DNA from: an uncultured delta proteobacterium
Lineage (GTDB): Bacteria; Desulfobacterota; Desulfobacteria; Desulfobacterales; B30-G6
Reading direction: 5' to 3'
Assembly (NCBI GenBank): GCA_963823335.1
Contig: CAWGLD010000001.1
Location: 1,888,001-1,952,000 of the forward strand
DNA length: 64,000 nt
How positions within the stretch are numbered: position 1 is the stretch's first letter; each line of letters opens with the position of its first letter. The notes under the pieces are model-generated. The model saw nothing but the letters and a program-made list of their open reading frames with translations, was not told where the DNA came from and did no database searches. Shown piece by piece: positions 53,133 to 63,325 of this stretch. The translations under genes and the position numbers were made by a program.

Positions 53133-53217
53133 TCTCTGTCCCCACAAGGGTAGATAACCGGGAATGATAAACCCGATTTCAATTCAATCACAGCAACGGA
53201 TTTAGGGAGAAGACAAC

Positions 53218-54417
53218 ATGATCAACCTGGAATTGACCGACGAGATAAAAAAACTCAAGCATGACCTGAATAACCTTTCCCTTTCGCTTTTCAGGCCCAT
53301 CTCAAGAAAATACGACGAGGCCGAGCACGCATATCCAAAGGAGCTGGATGTTCTCAGGGGGCTCAGGGAGCAAAGAAAGCCCAAAACAAAAGGGCAAGAA
53401 GAGAAAAAGACCAAGAGCGCAAAGAAACCCGGTATGGGTAAAAATCTCCAGGCGGTCATTTCCATAGAAGAACTGTGCTGGGGCGATACGGGTTTGACGC
53501 TCAGCTGGCCGGGTGCAGGGCTGGGTAATGCCGCCATCGATGCGGTAGCCACAGAGGAACAGCTGGAGCGCTTCGGGCACAAGTGGGCTGCCATGGCCAT
53601 TACCGAACCAGAGGCGGGTTCCGACACAGCCTCGATTACCACCACTGCGGAACTCGACGGAGAGGAGTGGGTTCTCAACGGCGAAAAGATATTTGTCACG
53701 GCTGCCGACAGGAGTGAAGCCGTTGTCGTATGGGCCACCATAGACAAAAAAGCCGGCAGGGGAGGTATCAAGTCATTTGTGGTGGAAAAGGGATCCCCGG
53801 GCTTCAAGCTGGATCATCTGGAAAAGAAACTGGGCATCCGTGCCTCGGACACCGGTGCGTTTGTTCTCAATAACTGCCGGATACCAAAAGACAACATCCT
53901 GGGCAGCAGCGAAGTGAAGCAAGAAAAGACCACGGCCGGGTTCAAGGGTGTCATGAAAACCTTTGACAATACGAGACCTCACGTGGCCGCCCAGGGTCTT
54001 GGCATTGCCCGGGCCGCCCTGGAATTCACCAAAGGAAAACTGGAAGAGGACGGCGCCGTTTTCGATTACCGAAATCATCCCAACCGTATTGCCAGCCGTG
54101 AAAAAGAGTACTACCTTATGGAAGCCCACCTGGAGGCGGCCAGACTTCTCACCTGGCGGGCCGCATGGATGGCCGACAACGGGGAGAGAAACAGCATGGA
54201 GGCTTCCATGTCCAAGGCCAAGAGCGGCCGCTCGGCGACGCTGATAACCCAGAAGTGCTGTGAACTGCTGGGGCCTGTCGGCTTTTCCTGCCGTGAACTG
54301 GCCGAGAAATGGATGCGGGATGCCAAGATCATCGATATATACGAAGGAACGGGTCAGATACAGCACCTGATCGTTGCCCGTCAGTTTTTGGGACTGAGTA
54401 GCAAGGAACTCAAGTAG
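53218..54417 (+). CDS. Acyl-CoA dehydrogenase (FadE23-like)
   Basis: MINLEL..RPISRKYDEAEHAYPKELD, AMAITEPEAGSD, GVMKTFDNTRP, IYEGTGQIQ. Confidence 0.93.
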   Translation: MINLELTDEIKKLKHDLNNLSLSLFRPISRKYDEAEHAYPKELDVLRGLREQRKPKTKGQEEKKTKSAKKPGMGKNLQAVISIEELCWGDTGLTLSWPGAGLGNAAIDAVATEEQLERFGHKWAAMAITEPEAGSDTASITTTAELDGEEWVLNGEKIFVTAADRSEAVVVWATIDKKAGRGGIKSFVVEKGSPGFKLDHLEKKLGIRASDTGAFVLNNCRIPKDNILGSSEVKQEKTTAGFKGVMKTFDNTRPHVAAQGLGIARAALEFTKGKLEEDGAVFDYRNHPNRIASREKEYYLMEAHLEAARLLTWRAAWMADNGERNSMEASMSKAKSGRSATLITQKCCELLGPVGFSCRELAEKWMRDAKIIDIYEGTGQIQHLIVARQFLGLSSKELK

Positions 54418-54612
54418 AATCTGTCTAAAAAAAGATTTTTGGCCCAATTCCTGTGTTGGGTCCGAACTTCAACTCCTCGGAATACAACAGTATGCACCCC
54501 AAGGGCACTTTCTGTGGGCGCCTGCGGGTTGAAGTACGGACCCGCCTTGAACTTGACGAAGATCCCGCTCTTTTTGCGGGGAACCAAAACCCATTTTTTG
54601 AGATCAGATTCT
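54416..54612. repeat. MITE/REPIN-like structured repeat, copy B
   Basis: Terminal IR AGAATCTG(-)TCTAAAAAA/TTTTTTGAGATCAGATTCT; internal stem GGGTCCGAACTTCAAC..GTTGAAGTACGGACCC; begins in a stop codon. Confidence 0.7.
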
Positions 54613-54646
54613 TTAATAATAATTTTCTAATGCCGGAGTGGAATCA

Positions 54647-55084
54647 ATGTCAGATGAAGCAACACTGAATCCTAAATTTAAAGAAGCCTTGCTGACCCGA
54701 CTGCCGGACAGGATGCCGTTCTGGAAACTGCTTGGCATCGAGTTTGTGGATGTGGGCAAGGGCTGGGCCAAGATGCGCATGCCCTTTTCCCACAAACTGA
54801 CCAACTCTACGGGAGTTGCTCACGGGGGTGGGCTTTTTTCACTTGCCGATTCTGCCGGCAGCATGGCCCTGGTGAGCATGATAGATAAGGGAGAGGTCGT
54901 TACAACGGTGGAAATGAAGATCAATTTTCTCCGGCCATTGCAAAAGGGGGAGGCTCTAGCGGAAGCACGGATTATTCACTGTGGTAGAACCACCGCCCTC
55001 GGGGAGGTCGAGGTGAAAGACGCTTCTGGAACTTTGATAGCCAAGGGCATGGCGACGTTTCTGCGAAAAACAGCGGCTGAATAG
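54647..55084 (+). CDS. PaaI family thioesterase
   Basis: PFWKLLGI, NSTGVAHGGGLFSLADSA, TVEMKINFLRP. Confidence 0.9.
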   Translation: MSDEATLNPKFKEALLTRLPDRMPFWKLLGIEFVDVGKGWAKMRMPFSHKLTNSTGVAHGGGLFSLADSAGSMALVSMIDKGEVVTTVEMKINFLRPLQKGEALAEARIIHCGRTTALGEVEVKDASGTLIAKGMATFLRKTAAE

Positions 55085-55089
55085 ATGCT

Positions 55090-55253
55090 GGCTCCAAAAA
55101 GAATTTATGGGACCGTTCTCCGGCCAGGCTTCCGGTTTGATCAAGGAGATCAAACCGGCGGCCGAGATTCTTGAAGGCATGGCTGAAGAAGCGGCCGAGA
55201 TTCTGACCGAAAGACTTCCGGCAGAAGTCACCATCGTTTTTTTCAAGCCGTGA
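55090..55253 (+). pseudogene. C-terminal remnant of a nitronate monooxygenase/FabK-like flavoenzyme
   Basis: Manual translation gives EFMGPFSGQASGLIKEIKPAAEILEGMAEEAAEIL..., matching the family's GQxxGLIxEIKPAxEI C-terminal motif; not in the ORF track. Confidence 0.6.
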
Positions 55254-55293
55254 AAAGAAGCAAAGACAGAACATCTCACGCTGGAATGAGATC

Positions 55294-55863
55294 TCAGGTC
55301 AATATCTTCAGAATCCGAGGTGCCATTCTTTCGGGTATGCCGGGTATGGCCTTGGGATAGCCGATGATAAGCGGTGCGACAATCCGGTGATCTTCAGACA
55401 TGCCCATGAGATTAAGCAACTCAGGATCCTGAATGCTTGTTCCCAGACCGATCCAGCAGGTTCCCAGTCCTCTTGCCGAGGCACCAAACATGAAATAACA
55501 GGCCGCCAGGGAGCAGTCCACGTAAAGGTTGTTTATCTCCCTGGATCCGACAATATACACCAGGCTGGGGGCGTTATAAAACACGTTGAAATGCGGATTT
55601 CGCATGGCGGCCTCGTATTTCTTGCTCGGGGCTTCCGGATTTGCCTCAATAAATGCAAGTATATTTTTTTTGCTTTCATCTGAAAGCCTTTTGATCAGTT
55701 CCTTGTCGTTGATGACGATAAAATTCCATGGCTGCCCGTTACCCGCGCTGGGCGCAAGACAACTGTCGTGGATGATTTCCTGAATCGTTTCCATCGGTAC
55801 TGCTTTGTCCTCGAAGTCCCTGATGGCGCGTCTGTTTTTTAAAAGTTCACTAAATTGGGTCAT
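55294..55863 (-). CDS. Nitroreductase family protein
   Basis: RRAIRDF, LAPSAGNGQPWNF, ARGLGTCWIG, IIGYP. Confidence 0.93.
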   Translation of the reverse strand: MTQFSELLKNRRAIRDFEDKAVPMETIQEIIHDSCLAPSAGNGQPWNFIVINDKELIKRLSDESKKNILAFIEANPEAPSKKYEAAMRNPHFNVFYNAPSLVYIVGSREINNLYVDCSLAACYFMFGASARGLGTCWIGLGTSIQDPELLNLMGMSEDHRIVAPLIIGYPKAIPGIPERMAPRILKILT

Positions 55864-56052
55864 GGTGTGTTCCTTTCTTTAAGCATACAGGTTAGTGCAT
55901 TTGCCAGAGTAACATTCCGAAACTGCTCCGGCAAATAAAGATTCTGTTTCATGCTTCGTTGTGATCGCTCGCGCATGAAAATTTATGACAATAGCTATAA
56001 TGAATAGCAACCGAAAATGAACTACCCCGCAGCAAGCTTCGGGGTATCTATT

Positions 56053-56143
56053 GTCATGCCGGACACGATCCGGCATCCAGAAAGAGACTGGATGCTCCCG
56101 GCTCAATTACTTGCCGGGGCAGGCTTATCAAGTCCGGCATGAC
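56053..56143. repeat. REP/BIME-like nested palindrome
   Basis: GTCATGCCGGAC ... GTCCGGCATGAC 12-bp terminal IR with internal hairpins (GCATCCAG..CTGGATGC). Confidence 0.7.
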
Positions 56144-56168
56144 GGATTTTGGCTGTTTCGTCGCCGAG

Positions 56169-57611
56169 TTAATAAGATCGCCTGAGATACCGACCGTACT
56201 GTGCCAGATAGGCGATGACCTTGGCACCAACTTCCGGGCTGCGGTAGGTGTATATCCCCAGGTCCGCTAGCCTGCCAATGGGTTTGGATTTCCGGCGATC
56301 GTTGACGGCCGTCACGATGACCGGCTTGCCGTAGCGGGCGATTCGATCGAAAAGCCCTTCCACCATTTTCAGCTCGCCTTCCACCATTGCCTTATGGTAT
56401 TTTTTCACGTTCTCGGCGGCTTCGAACGGCAATCCAGCGGGCAGACGCGGCACATACCCGATGCAGCTGATAACCAGCACGGCATCGATACCGTCGGTTT
56501 TCATCATATTTCCGATGCAGGCATAGGAACTGTGCACGGTTCCGGCCATGTCGACGGGGTTTGCATGAGACCAGCGGGATGGAAGGATGCGATCCAGCCT
56601 CGCTATGGTTTCATCAGACAAGGGCGGTACTTTCAAGCCCAATTCGCGACAGGCATCGGCTGCCACCACGCCGAAACCACCACCCACCGTAACAATCCCC
56701 ACCCGGTTGTTTTTCGGGATGGGTTGCCCGATCAACGCCGAGGCGGTATCCACCATGTCATCGACGGTATTTACCCGGATGACGCCTGACTGTTTAAAAA
56801 CCGCATCGTGGATTCTGTCCGAGCCGCTGAGGGAAGCTGTGTGAGACATGGCAGCGCGCGCACCTTCCGGACTGCGGCCGGCCTTCAATACGATGATGGG
56901 TTTTTTGCGCGTTACCTGTTTGGCCAAATCGAGAAACCGGCGTCCATCTTTCAGCCCTTCGATGTAGGCACAGATTATTTTCGTTTCCGCATCTTCGGCC
57001 AGATACTCGATATAATCCTCGATGGTCAGGTCGGCTTCATTACCGCTGCTGACATATTTGCTGAACCCGAACCCTTTATCAGTGCCCTGCCGGATTATAT
57101 ATCCTCCAAAGTTTCCGCTATGAGAGACGATTCCCACGGGACCGGGCTTGATATCCTCTTCTCCCGTTGTGAACAGACCGGATGATGTATTGAAGTGCCC
57201 GTTGCAATTAGGGCCGACGACCCTGATTCCCCCGCTTCTTGCGACCCTGACAATCTCCGCTTCGTGTTCGGCACCCGCGCTGCCGGTTTCCTTGAAACCG
57301 GCGGTAATGATCAGGACGGACTTTACATTTTTGGTGACACAGTCCTGAATGGCCGCCGCCGTGTGGGCCGGTGGAATGACGATGACCGCGAAATCGACAT
57401 CCCCGGGTACTTCCGTTAAACGGGCATAGGCAGGCCTTCCAAGTATCTCCTTTTCCTTGGGGTTGATGGGGTAAACCTTGAACGGGGTCTTTTTTCTGAC
57501 CATGCGGCTCATGACACCGAAGCCCCATTTGTCGGGGTTGTTACTGGCGCCGATTACCGCAACCGAGCGTGGTGAAAAAAGATAGTCGATATTTTTGAGT
57601 GATGGATGCAC
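56169..57611 (-). CDS. NDP-forming acyl-CoA synthetase alpha subunit (CoA-binding protein)
   Basis: SVAVIGAS, TAGFKE, GPNCNG, SHSG, SSGNEAD, YIEG, SHTASL phospho-His, NPVD; no ATP-grasp domain. Confidence 0.9.
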   Translation of the reverse strand: MHPSLKNIDYLFSPRSVAVIGASNNPDKWGFGVMSRMVRKKTPFKVYPINPKEKEILGRPAYARLTEVPGDVDFAVIVIPPAHTAAAIQDCVTKNVKSVLIITAGFKETGSAGAEHEAEIVRVARSGGIRVVGPNCNGHFNTSSGLFTTGEEDIKPGPVGIVSHSGNFGGYIIRQGTDKGFGFSKYVSSGNEADLTIEDYIEYLAEDAETKIICAYIEGLKDGRRFLDLAKQVTRKKPIIVLKAGRSPEGARAAMSHTASLSGSDRIHDAVFKQSGVIRVNTVDDMVDTASALIGQPIPKNNRVGIVTVGGGFGVVAADACRELGLKVPPLSDETIARLDRILPSRWSHANPVDMAGTVHSSYACIGNMMKTDGIDAVLVISCIGYVPRLPAGLPFEAAENVKKYHKAMVEGELKMVEGLFDRIARYGKPVIVTAVNDRRKSKPIGRLADLGIYTYRSPEVGAKVIAYLAQYGRYLRRSY

Positions 57612-57876
57612 TGTGTCAAACTTTTTTAAAACGTCTTCATTATATTAAAGATTGAAGAACCTCGCAGCATGCGAAGCACTGCCGAACGGCAGAACCTACG
57701 GGGAATGCGCTCGCTGTTGCGGTTCAAATGATCTAACGATATAGGTGATCAAAAGTTGATGTATCGCTTTGTTCTATCGTTTATACAGCAGATAGAATTC
57801 CGTAACAAGGCACTTAACGGTCATGGCAAAACTTTCTACCAGGGGGCAAGCGGCAAGGGCCATACGGGACGGGTAT

Positions 57877-59155
57877 TTACGTTAAAAATCCCGGTTTCTG
57901 ATAGTCCGGGTCAGGGTAACGGTAGAATCCTTTTCCGGATTTCAGACCCAGTTCGCCTTTCTGGATATATGAATCCAGAAAATCTGTGGCTAATTTTGTG
58001 GTTTCAGCTACCGTCCCGGGATTTCCCATCATGGCCTCGATTTGTTCAGCCCGTTCTTCCAGTTCCTTTTTGACAATATCCAGGCCGATGACGTCCATGG
58101 TTCCAAAAGGACCGCATTGCGGGTTGTGGGTCAGCATCCATGATTTGTCCACGTCCTGCGGGTCCGCAAAACCTTCGGCGACAAGAACCAGGGCAGTAGA
58201 GAGAACTGAGCTGACCATGGGGCCGCTAAGCGATTTATCCTCTTCTGCATTTGCCAAAAACGCGGGCTTTTGAAAATCCGGCTCGGGATATTCATAAAAT
58301 CCTGTGCCGGTTTTGATGCCCAGATTCCCCCTGTCGATGTATGGCTGCAGAAAACTGTGGATAGCCGCTACGATCGCGGGGCTGCTGGGGGCTTTCTCTC
58401 GATTGAGACTTTCCGCCAGGACGTCCATCACCAGGTTTAACCCCACACCGTCCAGCATGCCAAAGGGGCCGATGGTATCGTTCTGGTTCAGCATCCAGGA
58501 TCGATCGATTTCCTTGAAGTCAACGCCCACAATCGCTGCCTAGCACCTGGGCGGTTCCCAGGAGTCCGCCAAACATGGTGTTGTGAAGATATCCTTCACG
58601 CTCTTTTTTGAGCACGACACACACTTGCCCCTGGCTTTTAACGAATCGCTGGACGATGTCCATGGTTTCGGGTGATGTTCGGGGTCCGGCCACGATATCG
58701 ACCAGGGGCCTCGTTTGGTGAAAATGCATGGCCGCAAATCTGTCTCCCCGTCTCACCGCACTCTCTATCTTGGAAGGCAGCAGGGTCGAGGTATTGGTGG
58801 TCATGATGGCGTGCGGGGCAAGCAATTGGTCGAACTGCCGGTGGGTCTGGCGCTTTAACGCCAGTCTCTCGAACACGGACTCACTGAGAAGATCGGCATC
58901 CCGCGCCGCTTCCTTCGGATTGGTTGTCCGGGTAATGCGGGCCGATGCGTCTTTGATGACCTTGTGATCGGCCACACCCAGTTCCACCAGAGCCTGGCCC
59001 CAGTTCAACTGTCTTTCCGGTACCATATCGAGTGCCTGCTCCGAAATATCATAGAGGGTCGCCTGGTATCCGGCCACAGCGGTGATCAGGGAATTGTAAC
59101 ACCCCATGGTGCCGGCACCCACGAAGCACACCTTTTTGATTTCAGTAATTGGCAT
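57877..59155 (-). CDS. 3-hydroxyacyl-CoA dehydrogenase family with a duplicated C-terminal domain, frameshift near 58530
   Basis: VGAGTMG, ESVFE, TNTST, AMHF; two GPFG.(L/M)D..GL / KGFY.YP repeats. Confidence 0.85.
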
Positions 59156-59412
59156 TGTCTTCCTTCAATGATAATCTTTCTTTGTGTTTCGTTGTGTGCT
59201 TATGGACATGACACGCTATTCGAATTCGATATGACAAATTTTATCAAATGATTGCAGGATAATCAAAGTGTTTGGCGTTTCAGATCTTGCTTTTTATTCA
59301 GGTTTTTAAGAAGGCAGCAGGCTTTCGTGTTCAGGAATACTGGCAAGAATTATGAATTCATGCTAATACATCACGGTATGAATTAAATTCATGAACTGAG
59401 GAGGAATAATCG

Positions 59413-60414
59413 ATGACAGACATGAGCTTGTACCGACAGCTGGCGGCGGATATCGGTTTCCCCGAGTCAAAAATGATGCCTGAAATGTTTGCATTTGTTG
59501 CCGATGAAGACGAGGCAAAGTTAATGCTGGCCGCCTCGCCGCCGGCTACTGTTGAGGAAATATCAGATAAAACCGGTTTTCCCGTCGATACAGTTAAATC
59601 GATGATAGAGGCATTGTTTAACAAGGGATTGATCTTTAAATCCAAGAAACCGGATGCAACCCGTTACTACAAAGTGCGGCATTATATGCAGTTTCACGAT
59701 GCCACCGTCCTCACGCCGGGCATAGACAAGGCCTACCTGGAGCTCTGGAAAAAATTTGAAGCCACCGAGCTGCGGACTTTTCAGGAAATGGCCAAGAATA
59801 ACGACTTCCCCCAGGGGATGCGGGTGGTGCCGGTGAACGTGACCATCGAAGCACAGAACCAGGTCATGGCTTTCGAAGATGTGAAAAACATGGTGGAGGA
59901 AGCCCATGCCATAGCGGTTACCAATTGTTCCTGCAGGACCATTCACGGAATTACGGATGTACCCATGGAAGTTTGCATGCAGCTCAACAAGGCCGCTGAT
60001 TACGCCCTGGAACGGGGTACCGGGCGGGCGCTGACCAAGCCTGAAGCTATCGAGATGCTCAAAATGTGTGAGGAGGAGGGTCTGGTACACTGTGTTGAAA
60101 ATAAACATGGTCTGGGGCATGTCATCTGCAACTGTGACAATGTGGGCTGCAGCAACTGGGGACACGACCGGGTCTATGTCAAGAAATTTACGGCGCCCAG
60201 CCGCTTTAAAGCCCGGGTCGCGCCTGAGCTGTGTACCTCCTGCGAGACGTGTGTGGACCGCTGCTTTTTCGATGCCGTAACCATGGAAGGGCCGGACGAT
60301 ACCGCCCTCATCGACGCCGCCAAGTGCATGGGTTGCGGCATTTGCGTGCCGACCTGTCCCGGAGAGGCTATCGCATACGAAGAAATCAGGCAGAAGACGT
60401 TTATACCCCAATAA
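59413..60414 (+). CDS. 4Fe-4S binding protein (HTH-like N-terminus, Cys-rich middle, C-terminal 2x4Fe-4S)
   Basis: CSCR, EEEGLVH, ICNC, CTSCETCVDRC, CMGCGICVPTC; GAGGAGG SD. Confidence 0.88.
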   Translation: MTDMSLYRQLAADIGFPESKMMPEMFAFVADEDEAKLMLAASPPATVEEISDKTGFPVDTVKSMIEALFNKGLIFKSKKPDATRYYKVRHYMQFHDATVLTPGIDKAYLELWKKFEATELRTFQEMAKNNDFPQGMRVVPVNVTIEAQNQVMAFEDVKNMVEEAHAIAVTNCSCRTIHGITDVPMEVCMQLNKAADYALERGTGRALTKPEAIEMLKMCEEEGLVHCVENKHGLGHVICNCDNVGCSNWGHDRVYVKKFTAPSRFKARVAPELCTSCETCVDRCFFDAVTMEGPDDTALIDAAKCMGCGICVPTCPGEAIAYEEIRQKTFIPQ

Positions 60415-60518
60415 AATCGCCATACGATTTTATGAAACGCTACGTTGGCGTTTCTTTCAGCAGCTTACAGGTGCTTCTAAACTGTGATGGGACAATGCGT
60501 CAACCCTTGGACAACATC

Positions 60519-61474
60519 ATGAACAATGAATATGTGTCTCGTTTGAATCGAACCATTGATTATATTTACAGCCATAGTCATGAGGAGTTGAACCTGGCGA
60601 AACTGTCCGAAGTTGCCTGTTTTTTCAAAATATCATTTCCATCGCATATTCCGCGCCATTCTGGGTGAAACCGTCAACGAGTTCGTGCAGAGAATTCGGC
60701 TGGAAAGGTCCATGGGTCAGTTGATGCTGTACAAATATAAATCCATCACCGAGATTGCACTGGATACCGGTTTTTCAAGTTCCCAGAACTTTGCCCGATC
60801 CTTTAAAGCGCAATATGGCATTACACCCTCCCAGGCAAGAGCCGATTATTACTGGGACAGCTATCTGAAGAAAATGCAGAAAATAAAGGGCCCTGATATC
60901 GATGTCTTGCAGTCTGATGAGATGGGTCCGGTGGACCATTACATCCTGCAGCTCAAACAGTCCCTTGAAAAGAGATTGACTGCCTCACCCGAGATGCATG
61001 TGACCATAAAAAAACTTCCGTCCTATCGCGTGGCTTACATCAGAACCTGGGGTCTTACAGTGTCGAAGCCGGCAGTGCCGCTTTGCAAAATTACGGCAGT
61101 GGGCGAATTCCAAGGGATATCTCAATGACGATGCGATTGTCATGGGGGTTGCGGGTAACAGCCCCTATTTTACACCGCCGGAAAAACTGATTTTCGATGC
61201 CTGTATTACGGTGCCAGAGGCCACACCGGCAGATCGATGTGTCAATATTCAATCGCTCCAGGGGGGCGATTTTGCGGTTCTCCATTGTGATATTGACATT
61301 CATCGCCTGGAAGAAGAGTGGCTGCGTTTTCTGCTTAACTGGCTGGTCAAAAGCGATTACCAACCGGATGATCGCCCTTCCTACAGCATTTATTATAGTA
61401 CACCGGAAGAGCCGTTGGTTGCAAAACGGGTTCTTGTTGATCTTTGTCTGCCCGTTACGTCTTTGATGCGATGA
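60519..61474 (+). CDS. AraC family regulator with a GyrI-like effector domain, frameshifted near 60620 and 61050-61090
   Basis: RLNRTIDYI, SKYHFHRIF, ITEIALDTGFSSSQNFARSFK, VAYIR, WLVKSDYQPDDRP. Confidence 0.88.
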
Positions 61475-61587
61475 AAGCAAGCGTTGAAACACCAATAGCA
61501 AAGATATGGATATTAAATCGTATTAGGTAATAAATAAGATCATAAATCACCTTTGTACCAACACCAGACCACAAGGAGGGAAGGGGC

Positions 61588-63186
61588 ATGAGAAGACAGA
61601 TTTCAATGATAGCAATGATAGCAATATGTGTCGTATGCCTCGCAGGAGCCATTGCTTTGGCCGGTCCCAAGGATGTCGTCAAAATCGGCCTGCAGTACGA
61701 CCCCGGTACTTTGAACATGTTTCAGATGAAAACGGGCATCGAAATACCGGCGATTTTGCCCATGTATCAGTTGTTGATGGTCACCGACCCATTTACCGGG
61801 GAACGCACCTTTGAATCTTCCTTGACAGAATCGGCCGAGGTTCTGGAAAACGGCAAGGATGTCAAGTTTAAAATAGTCAGGGGCAACACCTTCCACACCG
61901 GAGATCCGGTGACGGCCCACGATGTCAAGTTTACCTACGAACAATGCGCCAACCCGTCCAACGCCAATCTGATGGCCGGACCGCTGGACGAGATCGAGGA
62001 CATCGAAATCATAGATGACTACACTTTTATTTTCCGCTTTTACGAACCCTATGCTGCCTGGCAAGAACTGCTGTGGATCGGGATCTGTTCCCAGAAATAC
62101 TACGAAAAAGTGGGTCCGGAAGAATTCGGCAAACGTCCGTGGGCAGCGGTCCCTTTAAATTTGTGGAACGCAAAATCGGCGAGTTCATCACCCTGAAAGC
62201 CGACCCGAACTATCGTTGGACATTACAGGTGCCCTACACCGACCCGAATACCGGGGAGAAAAAGACAAAAGCCGTGGAAGAAAAGGTCGATTTCGGCACG
62301 CTGATGTTTATTACGGTGCCCGACGATGTCACGCGTATGGCCATGCTGGAAACCGGTGAACTGGATCTGATAACAGACATCCTTCCCCAGCATGTGAAGA
62401 GGCTCAAACGGAACAAAAACGTTGTCATCAAGAGAGACACCACCCAGCCGAGTTTGTATGCGTTGTTTTCCAAGGCGGATAATTATCCCAATATTCAAGG
62501 ATGGTAAATTTGCATTGTCCTTTACCTACGCAATTAACCGGCAGGAGCTCGTTGACAGAATATTTCTAGGAGAAGGCTACCCCCTGTACATGTTCGCCAG
62601 CAAATCCGAGTTGGGATACGACACCGAACGTTGTATACGAATTCGATCCGGACAGGGCCCGACAGTTGGTCCAGGAATCCAGTTACAAGCCCGGCATCCC
62701 CCATCATTTTGACCTATACCAGCGCGGTTCCCAATGCCGACCGGTGGCGGCGACCATTCGAAATATATGAAGGACGTGGGGGTCACGATCAAACTGCAGA
62801 AGCTGGAAGCCGGTACGCAGGCCACCTATTCCAGAAACAGGGATCCAAGAGAGGGGCACATGACACTGGGTATGCCTGGGCCGGCGGACGAGACCGAGCA
62901 CACGGCTGTTGCTGACGATGCCGTCCAACAGCATTTATAATGCCTGGAAGACGCGCAAAGCCCAGAAACAGATCGATGAGCTGACATGTGCCAGGCAAAG
63001 GAAACCGACAAGGAAAAACGCCTGGCCCTTTTGAATGAGCTGCACGCCTTGCTGAGAGAGGAACCCTCGGCCCCGGTGCTGTTCGGCTTGAACGAGATCT
63101 ATGCCATGCAGGACAGGATTGACTACGACTGGCTGCCAGGGGACTCGTTTGTGTTGAATGTGAATCGGATAAAAATTGTCAAGTGA
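61588..63186 (+). CDS. ABC transporter substrate-binding protein (peptide/nickel family 5), multiple frameshifts
   Basis: Signal peptide; FHTGDPVTAHDVKFT, VGSGPFKF, RMAMLETGELD, YAINRQEL in successive frames. Confidence 0.85.
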
Positions 63187-63325
63187 GGGTATTTCCGGCT
63201 GACCATAAAAAGCAAGAATTGAAACGCCAATAGCAAGGATGGAAAAGACATTGTATTCCAATCGTATTAACATGTCTTCTTACCAAATTAGCTAACTTCT
63301 ATAGCAATGAATACAGGAGGGATCT

